Source: Candidatus Poribacteria bacterium (GTDB lineage Bacteria; Poribacteria; WGA-4E; UBA9662). From it: a stretch of 64,000 nucleotides of DNA. How positions within the stretch are numbered: the first letter of the stretch is position 1; the number at the start of each line of letters is the position of its first letter. Positions 49,101 through 58,716 of this stretch are shown here, in pieces. The position numbers and the translations under genes were made by a program. Location of the stretch: the NCBI GenBank assembly GCA_036339735.1, contig JAYZAL010000016.1:1-64000 (forward strand), given 5' to 3'. The notes under the pieces were generated by a model. That model saw only the letters and a program-made list of their open reading frames with translations. It was not told the origin of the DNA and ran no database searches.

Positions 49101-51570
49101 TCGGTGCCCAGCGAGGTTGGGTTTCATTTGCAAAACTCTGTCTCAATAATTGTTCTGTAGTTTCGTCAGACTGATCCACGTCGATCAACAAAATATCCCA
49201 GTTTCCGGCTCGATTTGATTGAAAAGCTATTCTAACCATATCAGGAGACCACGACGGAAACGTATCGTGATAATCATTTCGAGTTAACTGGTGATAAGTT
49301 ATCTGTGGAGAGGTCAATTGAGCAAGGAAAATTTCATCGTTACCATTGTGTGTGATAGTAACGGCTAGTTGATCTCCTGTTGGAGACCAACTAGCCGTAC
49401 GAGCAGGCCGATCTAATTGACGGCGTAAGTCTGATCCATCGATATTGACAGACCAAATTTCCCAGTCTAATTGAGTCGAGTCTGATTGAGGTCGCTTAGA
49501 TTGAAATGTAACTACCTCTCCGTTGGGATGCCAAGATGGGTGCAAATCAATCCACTGGTCTTTGGTTAGTCGTGATCTTTGACCAGAATCTAACTCTAGA
49601 ATCCAAATATCTACTGATCCTGCGGCATTACTTGAGAAAGCAATAAATTCTCCATTCGGAGACCAAGCAGGCGTATAGTCAGATACATCAGTTTGGTTTG
49701 ATGTTACTTGATAACTTAAACCCCCCGAAATAGGTAAAGGTTGATGGTTATCAATGATTACCAAAGACTGAATACTAGTTTGGTTTTGAACAGCATCAAC
49801 CGCTGTTAGAGACAAAGTATAAATTCCATCCAAGCCCGTTGTATCCCAGACGTAAATTTGTTCGTGTTCAAACGGAGTTCGGATAGGTGGTCCCAAATTT
49901 TTCCAACTATCTGACAAACTTGGCAGACGTCCATTTCCCAAGCGCAGTTGGAAATTGACTAGATTATCATCCAAGCAGGTAGCTGTTATTACAACCTTCG
50001 GTGAAACAATAACTGGGATTTTGTCATTTTTCGTATTATTGGCCGAAATCGATGTTGGAGTATGAAGTTGCAAGTCGGGTGGTTGGTAATCGACATAAAT
50101 AGGCTCCGATGTAGGGGAAAATTGGCTTCGATTACCAACAGAATCAGCTGCTTGAATTTGAATTCTATAAGATTTGTTATTTACTAGTGGTTGGTAATCA
50201 TAACGTGGCAAATCTATTTGGCTAATTTCCTCAAACTTAGCCTGATCAATAGAAACCCAAACATGGTATATAACAGATTCAGGTCCCTTATCCCAAATGA
50301 AAGTTACATTCTGATCGTTGTCGAAACCAGATGGAGCGTCAAGGTCAACATGAATGGGACGAGATGGCTTTGGGGGTGGGGTTATATCTATACGCCGATA
50401 GAATAAGTGGTTCGGTGTTTCCAATTTTGATTCTAACCAAACTAGTTGCACTTCGTGCCGATATGAGGACACCGCTACCCATGCAGGACTTATTTCAGGT
50501 CCAAATCGATTAGGTAGAAGAAATGATTTATTACCGGACCATTTGAGGTCATAATTCGAGAAATAGAGTTCCCAGTTACCTGAACGCCCATCTCGCCAGA
50601 ATAACCATGTGCTATCACTTGATAGTGAGATTTGTGGTGAAATTGACTCAGCAGAGTTATTAGTAATCTGTTCTATTTGGTAAACGCCAGGTTGTCGAGA
50701 ATCAAAATTTTGAGCTACCCAAATATCTGCAGGGTCTAATGGTTGTAGTCGAGATTCCCAAGCTACAGAAATAAATGCTTTACCAAAACGATGTTGTTGA
50801 TAGTTACTCATAGCTACCATCGGCCGACGAGCGTGCCCAGATGATGACAATCTCCAATGAGTACTACCAACTAAACCATGGTATTGTTGGGCATAAATTT
50901 GCCCGGTAGCTTCTCGATGGTCTCGCCAAACAACAGTCGATGTCTGAAAACCAGCTGCGACATCAGGTTCCGCAGATTGCCATTGACCAGTTAAAGGTCT
51001 AGGTTTCCGCCAAGTGTTACCTTGATTATCACTAATAGTAATTTTAGCCTGAATCCCGACCAATGGATCCGAATTTTGGGTTGGAACCTGTTCCCAAACA
51101 ACGTAGATAAAATTGTTTGGGGATGTCTTAGTTGCAGAAATTCGAGGTCGCCGCCCACTGGTCGATAATGTTGACTGATTTTTCCATATCTCGCCATCAT
51201 ATAAGGCAAACTTAATAGCTTGATCTTCTTGCCAAACTAAATAAAGATAACGATTATCAAGTTCTATATCTGGCTCAACACTGTCAGCAGAAGTTTGAGT
51301 TACTCGTTGATCGATGGACCAGTTTTCTCCGGCATTTTTACTATGGCGAAAAAAAATCTCCTTTGATGCTAAACGATCATCAGACCAAACGATATATACA
51401 TCATTTGCCCACGCCTTTATAGCCGGTTGTGTAGCTGATAAGTCGGTTAATTCTAAAGTTTCCGTCCACGGTTGATCAGGCCAAACCACACTGGAAATGA
51501 ACAAGAAGATTAACTGTAGCAAACGGTTTTTGTTGTTAGTACATTCTGAGAGTGTAGATGGTTGACACAT
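46192..51570 (-). CDS. large secreted multidomain protein: beta-propeller, FN3/Ig-like domains, TolB-like PD40 repeats and a C-terminal T9SS-CTD/FlgD-like domain
   Basis: Signal-like N-terminus; PD40 repeats PAWSPNG, PSWHPNG, ASWSPTG, PSWSPD, PRWAPNG; two WDTxxLxGxYxLxLT Ig modules; tail AYPNPA...IYSVSGEKV...TGIYIF...GKIAVL. Confidence 0.75.
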   Translation of the reverse strand: MCQPSTLSECTNNKNRLLQLIFLFISSVVWPDQPWTETLELTDLSATQPAIKAWANDVYIVWSDDRLASKEIFFRHSKNAGENWSIDQRVTQTSADSVEPDIELDNRYLYLVWQEDQAIKFALYDGEIWKNQSTLSTSGRRPRISATKTSPNNFIYVVWEQVPTQNSDPLVGIQAKITISDNQGNTWRKPRPLTGQWQSAEPDVAAGFQTSTVVWRDHREATGQIYAQQYHGLVGSTHWRLSSSGHARRPMVAMSNYQQHRFGKAFISVAWESRLQPLDPADIWVAQNFDSRQPGVYQIEQITNNSAESISPQISLSSDSTWLFWRDGRSGNWELYFSNYDLKWSGNKSFLLPNRFGPEISPAWVAVSSYRHEVQLVWLESKLETPNHLFYRRIDITPPPKPSRPIHVDLDAPSGFDNDQNVTFIWDKGPESVIYHVWVSIDQAKFEEISQIDLPRYDYQPLVNNKSYRIQIQAADSVGNRSQFSPTSEPIYVDYQPPDLQLHTPTSISANNTKNDKIPVIVSPKVVITATCLDDNLVNFQLRLGNGRLPSLSDSWKNLGPPIRTPFEHEQIYVWDTTGLDGIYTLSLTAVDAVQNQTSIQSLVIIDNHQPLPISGGLSYQVTSNQTDVSDYTPAWSPNGEFIAFSSNAAGSVDIWILELDSGQRSRLTKDQWIDLHPSWHPNGEVVTFQSKRPQSDSTQLDWEIWSVNIDGSDLRRQLDRPARTASWSPTGDQLAVTITHNGNDEIFLAQLTSPQITYHQLTRNDYHDTFPSWSPDMVRIAFQSNRAGNWDILLIDVDQSDETTEQLLRQSFANETQPRWAPNGKYLLFLTDRFGQSKAAVSTSLDPLARQAKLPSQLTPIGTPVDSACWSSTTKQLVYQSKDQLHIVPIVFPMVYVEAQIVTPYNRDIVSGKVELIGLARGPKFQEFSLHYADVSIPVRTWVPIGGRSTQPVATTSFLGQWDTRRLRGEYILRLTVTSNHPDGNQIVIDEQTVLVENHKPTLEIFSPYEGKVTDQQMINLTGKTSSDAKLYVNNDLIATETSGLFSARILLSEGSNLLHIRAISPILGTTEIYRTIIQDVQPPALELSEPNDFTISPVPYILVSGTTDSSELQIQQQSTKEEKTITIPVESDGAFSQNLGLQVGTNTIVLVAKDEFNRHSRLFRRVVYSIAKTKNPVGQLAPIDMYPPGIVDFYPSNGQILTYPKGKIVISCYLLDNVEIDPFSLIFDFDKQTFHFDPDALEGGEKDIQIANFDGNRFTFDPENGKFTYRPVQELSQGKHKLRLQVRDLEGNLSAPVSSIFTIDRQPFYASLSAIRDENHLWVHLVSNKVLKTIGNSKVTVVQSGNRKNSHRVYSIDLQLVPLEKLEPQATRQMVKRQAQEKGTNPELESLFIYQGQFRLNSQADSFDIAADFSLTSGQSLMLRRIGYYTDQNQFQSSPILPFPQKKQGYHSILVPYHIYHPKGASLTFLNPQLNLKPKLSSQSGFDSNRVLSQLQNAESRQLEIIYPVHEIKLDVTSEVFQNSSFELRIPSKKTEEILESTALFYWQKIWLPVPNVRRIKIDDQVYLVAVVEKLGSYGLLVDRNAPMIGSFQKNEQLIELTITDNGSGIDRLSVKIDEKPAVVLTSSQTNQNTNREMRFQMMDSFSGKLTYLPGNLFPGRHTLNVEAFDRAGNMAQFENVFFSQDIFDFIDPVFAYPNPATRQAQIHFQVTRLADIELTIYSVSGEKVYSTSLSNVTGSNTSLKWNCCNQNQQPVTTGIYIFDLTATNSGRSIQRSGKIAVLYPNTNDR

Positions 51571-51604
51571 AGGCCAGCGTTTAGCCAGAAATAAAATGTG
51601 AAAT

Positions 51605-52588
51605 TCAGGGAGTAGATTCGGTAGTTGGATTAACCGGAGCTGCTTGATCTAATTTAACTTGACCAGATTTTTGTATATTCACTGGTTGATCGATGTAGGT
51701 TAAGATCCGGTCAAGATCAAGAAGAACATGAGGTAAGTCCTTGACAATAATTGAGTTGGTATTAGTATCTACTACAATTGGTGTTTCATCAGTACTCAGG
51801 AACGGTGTTATGATTGGAATAACCGATTTGGCTGAGATGTGATGAATTTTAAAAAATTCTAACTCTCGTAAGTCGAGTGTTTCGACTAAGTGGTGATTAA
51901 GCGAGTCAGTTTCAGATTTAGGGCTTACTGTAAGGTCAGGGTTGTCTGAGTTACCAGATGTGTCGGACTGTAAATTAGATTTGCCTTCTGGTGATGAAGC
52001 AACTAATTCTAGCCGTTGTTTTTGTCCTAGTAACCAGTTTAAAGTGCGCTTCTTATGCCTCATTTGCCTTTGTAGTATACGGACTTCATCGGAGGATGGG
52101 TTAGATTTTGTTAGTTCTTCAATCCCCTTACTAGAACCTTGAATTTCGGACAGTAAAACCTGAATTCGTTCTTCGATTTGTTTTTTCGAAAGTGGAAATG
52201 GGCGTCGGGTTTGGGTGGGAAAAGATTGCTGAATTTCTCGCATCCTTTTCTGAATTGACTGCACACGGCTAATAGTTTCGGTCGTTGATTGTTGATCAGT
52301 TTTTCCCGAATCAAACAGGTTCATACTGGGCAAAGAAATGCTAGATCCAAACTGCTGACTTAACTCCTTCAATTCTCCGGATAGACGGTTGAATTCAGAT
52401 TGTAAGTCGGCACGCTCTTTCTCTGATATTTGCGAACGCTGAGAGGCAACCTTTGACCCGTTTTTTTCTGAAGGTCTAGACTCAGTTGTTTCGGAATAGA
52501 CCACTGGACTACTCAACAGCCAGAAAAACAAAAATAGAACATACAGGGCTAAGGTCTGTCGCTTATCAACCATTTTGTCGAGGCTCAA
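51605..52588 (-). CDS. exported coiled-coil protein with a single secretin-N (NolW-like) domain
   Basis: Hydrophobic signal; heptad-rich middle; FFKIHHISAKSVIPII...IVVDTNTNSIIVKD...ILTYIDQP matches the secretin N-domain pattern; no beta-barrel follows. Confidence 0.6.
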   Translation of the reverse strand: MSLDKMVDKRQTLALYVLFLFFWLLSSPVVYSETTESRPSEKNGSKVASQRSQISEKERADLQSEFNRLSGELKELSQQFGSSISLPSMNLFDSGKTDQQSTTETISRVQSIQKRMREIQQSFPTQTRRPFPLSKKQIEERIQVLLSEIQGSSKGIEELTKSNPSSDEVRILQRQMRHKKRTLNWLLGQKQRLELVASSPEGKSNLQSDTSGNSDNPDLTVSPKSETDSLNHHLVETLDLRELEFFKIHHISAKSVIPIITPFLSTDETPIVVDTNTNSIIVKDLPHVLLDLDRILTYIDQPVNIQKSGQVKLDQAAPVNPTTESTP

Positions 52589-52861
52589 TCAGAAATTTTG
52601 TTAAAGTTAAGTATATCACCGACTCAACCGATCATCAATAACAGAAAGCACACAAGCGTCTTGCAATTACAGTCGGATCTTTTCCAGTTCTATAATAAAG
52701 TACTAATTACGGACGACGTTGCATTTACAATATTATGGGATCTATCTAATAACGAAGTTTAACTAGACAAACCCAATCAATAAGAGCTTTTCATAGTCGA
52801 TTGACGACGATTTGTTGATCAATCAGCAGGTTACTTTGTTTCACAAGACTAAGATTTTTTT

Positions 52862-53905
52862 CTAGTCCAGAATGCCAGTTTCCTTTAAATTAACAACCTT
52901 ACCGGTTTCAAATGAGCGGCTAGCTGCTAATGTTAACTCTAAAGTTTTTAATGAGTCCCCGTAGGTTGACCTGATCTGAGACGTGTTTCCTGTCTTTACC
53001 GCATCGATGAAAACTCGGTCTTCTTCGACATATCCGCTTATATAATGTGTGTGTTCTTCAATTTTTCCTCTTCGATTGATACGTAAGTTTCCTCCCTTAG
53101 TTCCTTCATCTTTAGAGCTAGTATCGATAAAACTGAGTTCCAAAGACGGTTCAATTTCAACAACTAATCCGTCACAAAATAGTTCCAACCGTATTCGACT
53201 CCATTGTTTTAGCATACAAGCTGAAGTGATATTAACTATCACGCCATTGGCAAATCGGATATTAATCATGCTCATATCATCTACGTTATGATTTTTAACC
53301 ACTTTCGTACTATCTCGAGCTGAGAAACCATGAACTGCAACTACGTCGCTGTTAACTAAATAACGGCACAAATCAAAAACATGTGTCGTCTGCTCTACGT
53401 GTTGGCCTCCGGATTGTTCTCGTATGGACCACCAAGGCGTTCCTGGAAACCCACTCATCCAATACCCCAAAGCACCAACAATTTTTTGTTCCGACAGAAG
53501 CGATTTAGCCAGATTGATATTGTGCTGGTATCGCCAATGATAGCCAATACTAGAAATGATATTGTGCTCTTGAATGGCTTGATAAATCTTTTCTGCTACT
53601 TTCATTTGAGTGGAAAGCGGTTTTTCAATAAACATAGGAATCCGACGTTGGCAAACGGCTAACTCTGGCTCACCATGAGCAAATGGTGGTACACAAATAT
53701 AGATCGCGTCAATATGTTCTTTATCTAGCATCATCTCATAATCAGTATATGGTTTTCCACCGTATTTTTGACACTGCCTGATGGCTTGAACCTCAGAGAT
53801 ATCGCAGATGGCTACCAATTTAACATCTTCAAAATTAGACAAATTACGAAAATGACCACTTGCCATACCTCCAGCCCCAATAGCAGCGACTCTCAGATGT
53901 TCCAT
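52862..53905 (-). CDS. Gfo/Idh/MocA family oxidoreductase
   Basis: VAAIGAGGMA Rossmann motif, MFIEKP, SGGQHVEQTTHVFD. Confidence 0.9.
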   Translation of the reverse strand: MEHLRVAAIGAGGMASGHFRNLSNFEDVKLVAICDISEVQAIRQCQKYGGKPYTDYEMMLDKEHIDAIYICVPPFAHGEPELAVCQRRIPMFIEKPLSTQMKVAEKIYQAIQEHNIISSIGYHWRYQHNINLAKSLLSEQKIVGALGYWMSGFPGTPWWSIREQSGGQHVEQTTHVFDLCRYLVNSDVVAVHGFSARDSTKVVKNHNVDDMSMINIRFANGVIVNITSACMLKQWSRIRLELFCDGLVVEIEPSLELSFIDTSSKDEGTKGGNLRINRRGKIEEHTHYISGYVEEDRVFIDAVKTGNTSQIRSTYGDSLKTLELTLAASRSFETGKVVNLKETGILD

Positions 53906-54163
53906 TTAAATAAAATCCTTTTGAGTATGATATAAAAAAATAAGAGACTAGATCAAATCTCACCAAGCACGTCAATTATATTCAAACAATTAGACCTAAA
54001 TCACAGGCACTTTCTATTGGCGAAGTCTTTATAATAGTTCAAAATAATCCTCTAACATTGAACAAATTAACTATACGAGTATTCGAACTTAAATTAATCA
54101 AAAAATGTAGATAGTACTAACATGTTTACCTGATAACGCAAATATTACTCTGATAAACCTACG

Positions 54164-55276
54164 TCAGTTTAATCTGATTTCCACCGATTGACGCTGTTTG
54201 AAATACCTCAAATATTTATTTGCTTTTTCATGATTAACATTAATCTCAAGAGTTTGCAATAACGTTTGTATTGCTTCGTTTATCTTTCCTTGCTTATAAA
54301 AAACCAAACCAAGATTGGTTAATGCCGCTGTATGAGATGGATTAATTTTGATTTCTCTCTGATAAGCAGTAACTGCCTGCTCATAATTTCCTCGCTTTGT
54401 ATACGCATTACCTAGATTAAAGTTTGCATCGTCGAAGTCAGGTTCAATTTGTATAGCTTGTTTATACCATTCAATAGCTATAGACGGCTCGTTCTGTTCG
54501 GCATATAAAAAGCCTACATTATAATATGTACTAGCGTCGTTGGGGTTCAGTTTCAAGGCTTTCTGGTATGCTGTGATAGCCAAGGCTCTTTTTTTCTGTT
54601 TAGCATATATAAAACCCAGATTGTAATGAGCGTTCACGAAATAGGGGTCAATCTGAATTGCTTTTTGGAATGCGAAAACAGCTTCTGTGAGCTTGCCAAG
54701 CTTTGCTAATGTATTACCAAGATTATAATGGGGGTTTTTGTCATTAGGAGCTCTACTAACTGCTTCCTGATACATGAAAAGGGCATTTTCCAAATGCCCT
54801 TGCTGTTCTAAGATAGAACCAATGTTGAAGTAAGCATTGGCGTTTTTTGGGTTAAGTTCAATTACTCGTTCAAATTCAGAAATTGCCTCTTCCAGTCTAC
54901 CATCAGTCTGATAAGCGCAACCTAAATTATGATGTAGACTAGAGTCGTTTTGATTAGTGCGAATACCTGCCTTAAAAGCTTTTATCGCTGATGAAGATTG
55001 CCCTTGCTGTAAATACACTAAACCTAAATTATTATGGGCAATAGAAAAGTTTGGGGCGATTTGAATAGCTTTTAGATATGATTGAACTGCTTTAAGTAAA
55101 TCACCTTTTTGAGCATATAAGAGACCAAGGTTATTATATACAGATGCTCGTTCTGAATCGATTAAAATTGCATTGTGATATGCTTCTATAGCTTGATCTA
55201 ACTTTGCTTGTTTGGTATATTCAATCGCTAAACGAAAATAGTGGTTTGCCGTATCAAGTTCGGTTTTATCTGTCAT
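54164..55276 (-). CDS. tetratricopeptide repeat protein (about 10 TPRs, no other domain)
   Basis: 34-aa period with YNNLG/HNNLG/YFNIG/HYNLG...A...Y..AI.I.P. Confidence 0.93.
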   Translation of the reverse strand: MTDKTELDTANHYFRLAIEYTKQAKLDQAIEAYHNAILIDSERASVYNNLGLLYAQKGDLLKAVQSYLKAIQIAPNFSIAHNNLGLVYLQQGQSSSAIKAFKAGIRTNQNDSSLHHNLGCAYQTDGRLEEAISEFERVIELNPKNANAYFNIGSILEQQGHLENALFMYQEAVSRAPNDKNPHYNLGNTLAKLGKLTEAVFAFQKAIQIDPYFVNAHYNLGFIYAKQKKRALAITAYQKALKLNPNDASTYYNVGFLYAEQNEPSIAIEWYKQAIQIEPDFDDANFNLGNAYTKRGNYEQAVTAYQREIKINPSHTAALTNLGLVFYKQGKINEAIQTLLQTLEINVNHEKANKYLRYFKQRQSVEIRLN

Positions 55277-55554
55277 GAATCACTAATTGCAGAAAAAATG
55301 TTATATCATCCATACCCAATTCCAAGTTGATTCGAAACTTTTATTATTCACTTTTCCTATTATTTTCTCTCTACTTAATGGTTAATTCTCAAATAGTAAT
55401 ATGGCGCAAGTAGATAATTCTTCGTATGAAATAGGGATGTCCAAGTCTTAGCGAGAATTCAATTCGTTGGTAATTCCACAAGACAGTAAAAATGCAATCC
55501 CAAGTTTTTTCTTTAGCGCAAAACTGTCAATTCAAATTTAATTAAATTAAAAAA

Positions 55555-57228
55555 ATGATTAGATACGAAGATATCATATCTCAACTAGATCATAATATAC
55601 AACGTCTGCTAGCAAAGCAAATTACCGATCCAAACAGTCTCAACAGAGGTGGATTTATGGATAAAGATGGTCTAGTAGGACCAAATAGCGTTTCCTCAGC
55701 TACTATGTTATGTTACGGATATTTGCTGGAAGAATCTCGGTTTTTTCGAAATAACCAGTTATTGAAATCAATCTTGGAGGCCGGGGAATTTGGACGTCGT
55801 ACCAGGCGACCTTCTGGTAATTTTGATTTACTGACAACAAATTTCGATTCCTCTCCCGATACAGCTTTTGTTGTTAAATCTTTGGCTCCAGCGATTAAGC
55901 TTGCAAACTCTCAAGAAGATGAGGGGGCACAACAAATTGCCTCTTCCTTGGGTGAACTGATTATTACGGGATCGAAAGGAATCATACGGGGAGGCTTCCA
56001 TACCCCCAATCACCGGTGGGTAATCCTAGCTGCATTATCTATGACCCAACAACTTTATCCAGACTTACAATTTCATAATACGATTGGTTCATATTTAGAG
56101 GAAGGCATAGATATTAACTCGGATGGTGAATACAGTGAAAGAAGTACAGGTATTTACAACGCTATTGTTAACCGCGCACTTATCTTATCTGCTGAGGCCT
56201 TAGATCGTCCTACGTTATTAGAACCTGTTCGAAGAAGCCTAGATTTCAGCTATCATTTGATCCATAGCGATGCTACCATTGTGACTAGTATTTCACGTCG
56301 ACAAGATCAAGGAAATCGTTCAATACCAATTACGTTAGCTGACAGTTTCCATGCCATGTCTCATATTGATGACAACGGCTTCTTCGCATCCGTTGCTGAC
56401 TGGTTAACTCAGAAAGGAAGAAGTGGATTAATATGCTTATCTAATTTTGTCCGTCACCCCGATTGGCGAACAAATTATATAACACGAAAGCCTCTAAATC
56501 GTGAGTATGTAAAGGTTTACCCTACATCTGGTATATGGCGCGTCCGTAGAAAAAAAATCAGTGCGACAGCACTAGCCAAATTAACCTCTCCCTTCACCAT
56601 ACAACAAGGCCAACTAGAGATGATAGTTAAAATATGTTCAACTTTTTTCGCTACTGGTCAATTTGAAGGGGAAGAATTTCAGGCGACTGAAAACTGGGTT
56701 AGAATGAAACATAAGGGGCGCAACAAAATTTACCCTGAGAAAGACTATCTTGGTGGTGTCTATTGGTTACCGGTAGATGAAAAAGTAAACACAAATAATT
56801 GGCAAGAAGTAAGAGGTCGTCGAAAAATTTACCAAGTATCGCCATTAGAGGTCGAACTCTACATAGAAAAAGTTTCTAATGGCTTCGATTTGTATATTCA
56901 AACCGAGGGTGGGTTAAATAATGTTCCCTTTCAGATCGAGTGTAATTTAACTCCGGGTGGAATTTTGGATACGGACAGTATGACTTGCGAAGGAAAATTA
57001 GGAAATACAGTTTTTCTGAAAAGTGGATGGGCTCGTTATACGATCGGCGAAGATTGTATTCATATCGGACCTGGTAATAAAGTACATCAGATGTGGAAAA
57101 TGCGTAATAGTGAAGTCAATGATAAATTGTTTCGCTTACTAATCACTGACATGACGCCAATTAGAAGAAAGTTAGAAATTCGTTGCGGTGAATGGTCGGA
57201 AGCACAACAAAATTGGCAGGACATGTAA
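55555..57228 (+). CDS. hypothetical protein, possibly alpha/alpha-toroid plus beta-sandwich (heparinase II/III-like lyase)
   Basis: GGFHTPNHRW and DGEYSERSTGIYN motifs; helical N-half and beta-rich C-half; adjacent to a sulfatase. Family assignment tentative. Confidence 0.5.
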   Translation: MIRYEDIISQLDHNIQRLLAKQITDPNSLNRGGFMDKDGLVGPNSVSSATMLCYGYLLEESRFFRNNQLLKSILEAGEFGRRTRRPSGNFDLLTTNFDSSPDTAFVVKSLAPAIKLANSQEDEGAQQIASSLGELIITGSKGIIRGGFHTPNHRWVILAALSMTQQLYPDLQFHNTIGSYLEEGIDINSDGEYSERSTGIYNAIVNRALILSAEALDRPTLLEPVRRSLDFSYHLIHSDATIVTSISRRQDQGNRSIPITLADSFHAMSHIDDNGFFASVADWLTQKGRSGLICLSNFVRHPDWRTNYITRKPLNREYVKVYPTSGIWRVRRKKISATALAKLTSPFTIQQGQLEMIVKICSTFFATGQFEGEEFQATENWVRMKHKGRNKIYPEKDYLGGVYWLPVDEKVNTNNWQEVRGRRKIYQVSPLEVELYIEKVSNGFDLYIQTEGGLNNVPFQIECNLTPGGILDTDSMTCEGKLGNTVFLKSGWARYTIGEDCIHIGPGNKVHQMWKMRNSEVNDKLFRLLITDMTPIRRKLEIRCGEWSEAQQNWQDM

Positions 57229-57366
57229 TAGTAAACAATCGAATGACAAAAGTCAAAACGAATCTACATGAGGCGCTTATATTGGATATTCTTACTAAAT
57301 TTGATATTGATGACTGCATAATTACTCGGTATACTGAAGCTAGGACAGGTAATTAAATGTGAGTAT

Positions 57367-58680
57367 GTGCACGTGCCAAAAGTAGACAAACCGAATATCC
57401 TATTTATTTTAGCTGATGATCTCGGCTGGGGAGACGTTAGTTATCATGGCTCAGATATCCGAACGCCAGCTATTGATCGATTAGCAGAATCAGGTATCCA
57501 ACTGGAACAGCACTATGTTTGTCCCATGTGTACACCAACACGTGTGTCATTTTTGACCGGCCGATATCCAGGCCGGTTCGGACGACGTGCAACTACCCCC
57601 TCTAATCCACCAGTATTACCAGACAACTACGAGACATTAGCAACTTCTTTGAGAAACAATGGTTATGACACGGGACTCTTCGGCAAGTGGCATCTTGGTT
57701 CCTCTCCACAGTTTGGTCCAAATCACTTTGGTTTCAACACTTCTTACGGTAGTTTAGCTGGTGGTGTTGACCCTTACAATCATCACTACAAACGTGGTGA
57801 ATTCTCTCAGACTTGGCATCGAAATTGTCAGCTGATTAAACAATCTGGACATGTAACAGATCTCATCACTGATGAAGCGATAAAATGGTTAGTTGGGCGA
57901 GAAAAACCGTGGTTTTGTTATGTGCCATTTACTGCTGTCCATGTGCCCATAAAGGCTCCACAAAAGTGGCTTGACCAATACCAATTCTCTACCTATGATG
58001 ATGACCCATTAAAAGATCAGTCATTCAAAAGATATGCTGCTTACACCAGCCAAATGGATTCCGCAGTGGGAAGATTAATAGAAGTATTGGAATGCCTCAA
58101 CCAACGAGATAACACAATAATTATTTTTAGTTCAGACAATGGGGCTATTTCGAGCGCTAGACTTCATAGTAGCGATCAATACCCTGGTTGGCAGGAAGAA
58201 CAACCAAAATTGGGAAGCAATAAACCATTTCGTGGTCAAAAAGCACAGCTTTACGAAGGTGGGATTCGGACACCAACTATAATCAACTGGAGAGGAAAAT
58301 TGTCGCCCAGTGTTTGTCTCCAACCGCTACATATTGCGGATTGGATGCCAACATTAACAAATTTGGCTGACTGCAAACTCAATCATGATCCAAAGTGGGA
58401 TGGTGTAGATATTTGGCCAGTGATTGCAGAAGGGGAAAAGGTTGATAATCGAGTTTTGTTTTGGAATTTCAAGGGTACGCAATTTTGTCTTCGGCAGGGG
58501 AACTGGAAATTGATTACAACCGATGACATGTCAGCAAGCGATAGTCAGCTATATCATATTGAAAGCGATCCGTATGAAACAACGGATCTGTCCCTGGGAA
58601 GGCCGGAAATCGTCAAGCAACTACTAGATCAAGTGACTCAACAAAGGAAACTAGACGGTATATCACAGCGCAATGAATAA
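57367..58680 (+). CDS. arylsulfatase (Cys-type, formylglycine-dependent)
   Basis: KPNILFILADDLGWGD, CTPTRVSFLTGR, GKWHLG, SDNG, KAQLYEGGIRTP. Confidence 0.93.
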   Translation: MHVPKVDKPNILFILADDLGWGDVSYHGSDIRTPAIDRLAESGIQLEQHYVCPMCTPTRVSFLTGRYPGRFGRRATTPSNPPVLPDNYETLATSLRNNGYDTGLFGKWHLGSSPQFGPNHFGFNTSYGSLAGGVDPYNHHYKRGEFSQTWHRNCQLIKQSGHVTDLITDEAIKWLVGREKPWFCYVPFTAVHVPIKAPQKWLDQYQFSTYDDDPLKDQSFKRYAAYTSQMDSAVGRLIEVLECLNQRDNTIIIFSSDNGAISSARLHSSDQYPGWQEEQPKLGSNKPFRGQKAQLYEGGIRTPTIINWRGKLSPSVCLQPLHIADWMPTLTNLADCKLNHDPKWDGVDIWPVIAEGEKVDNRVLFWNFKGTQFCLRQGNWKLITTDDMSASDSQLYHIESDPYETTDLSLGRPEIVKQLLDQVTQQRKLDGISQRNE

Positions 58681-58716
58681 GTAGCAAACCTCAAAAATCA
58701 AACAAAGAACTTATTT

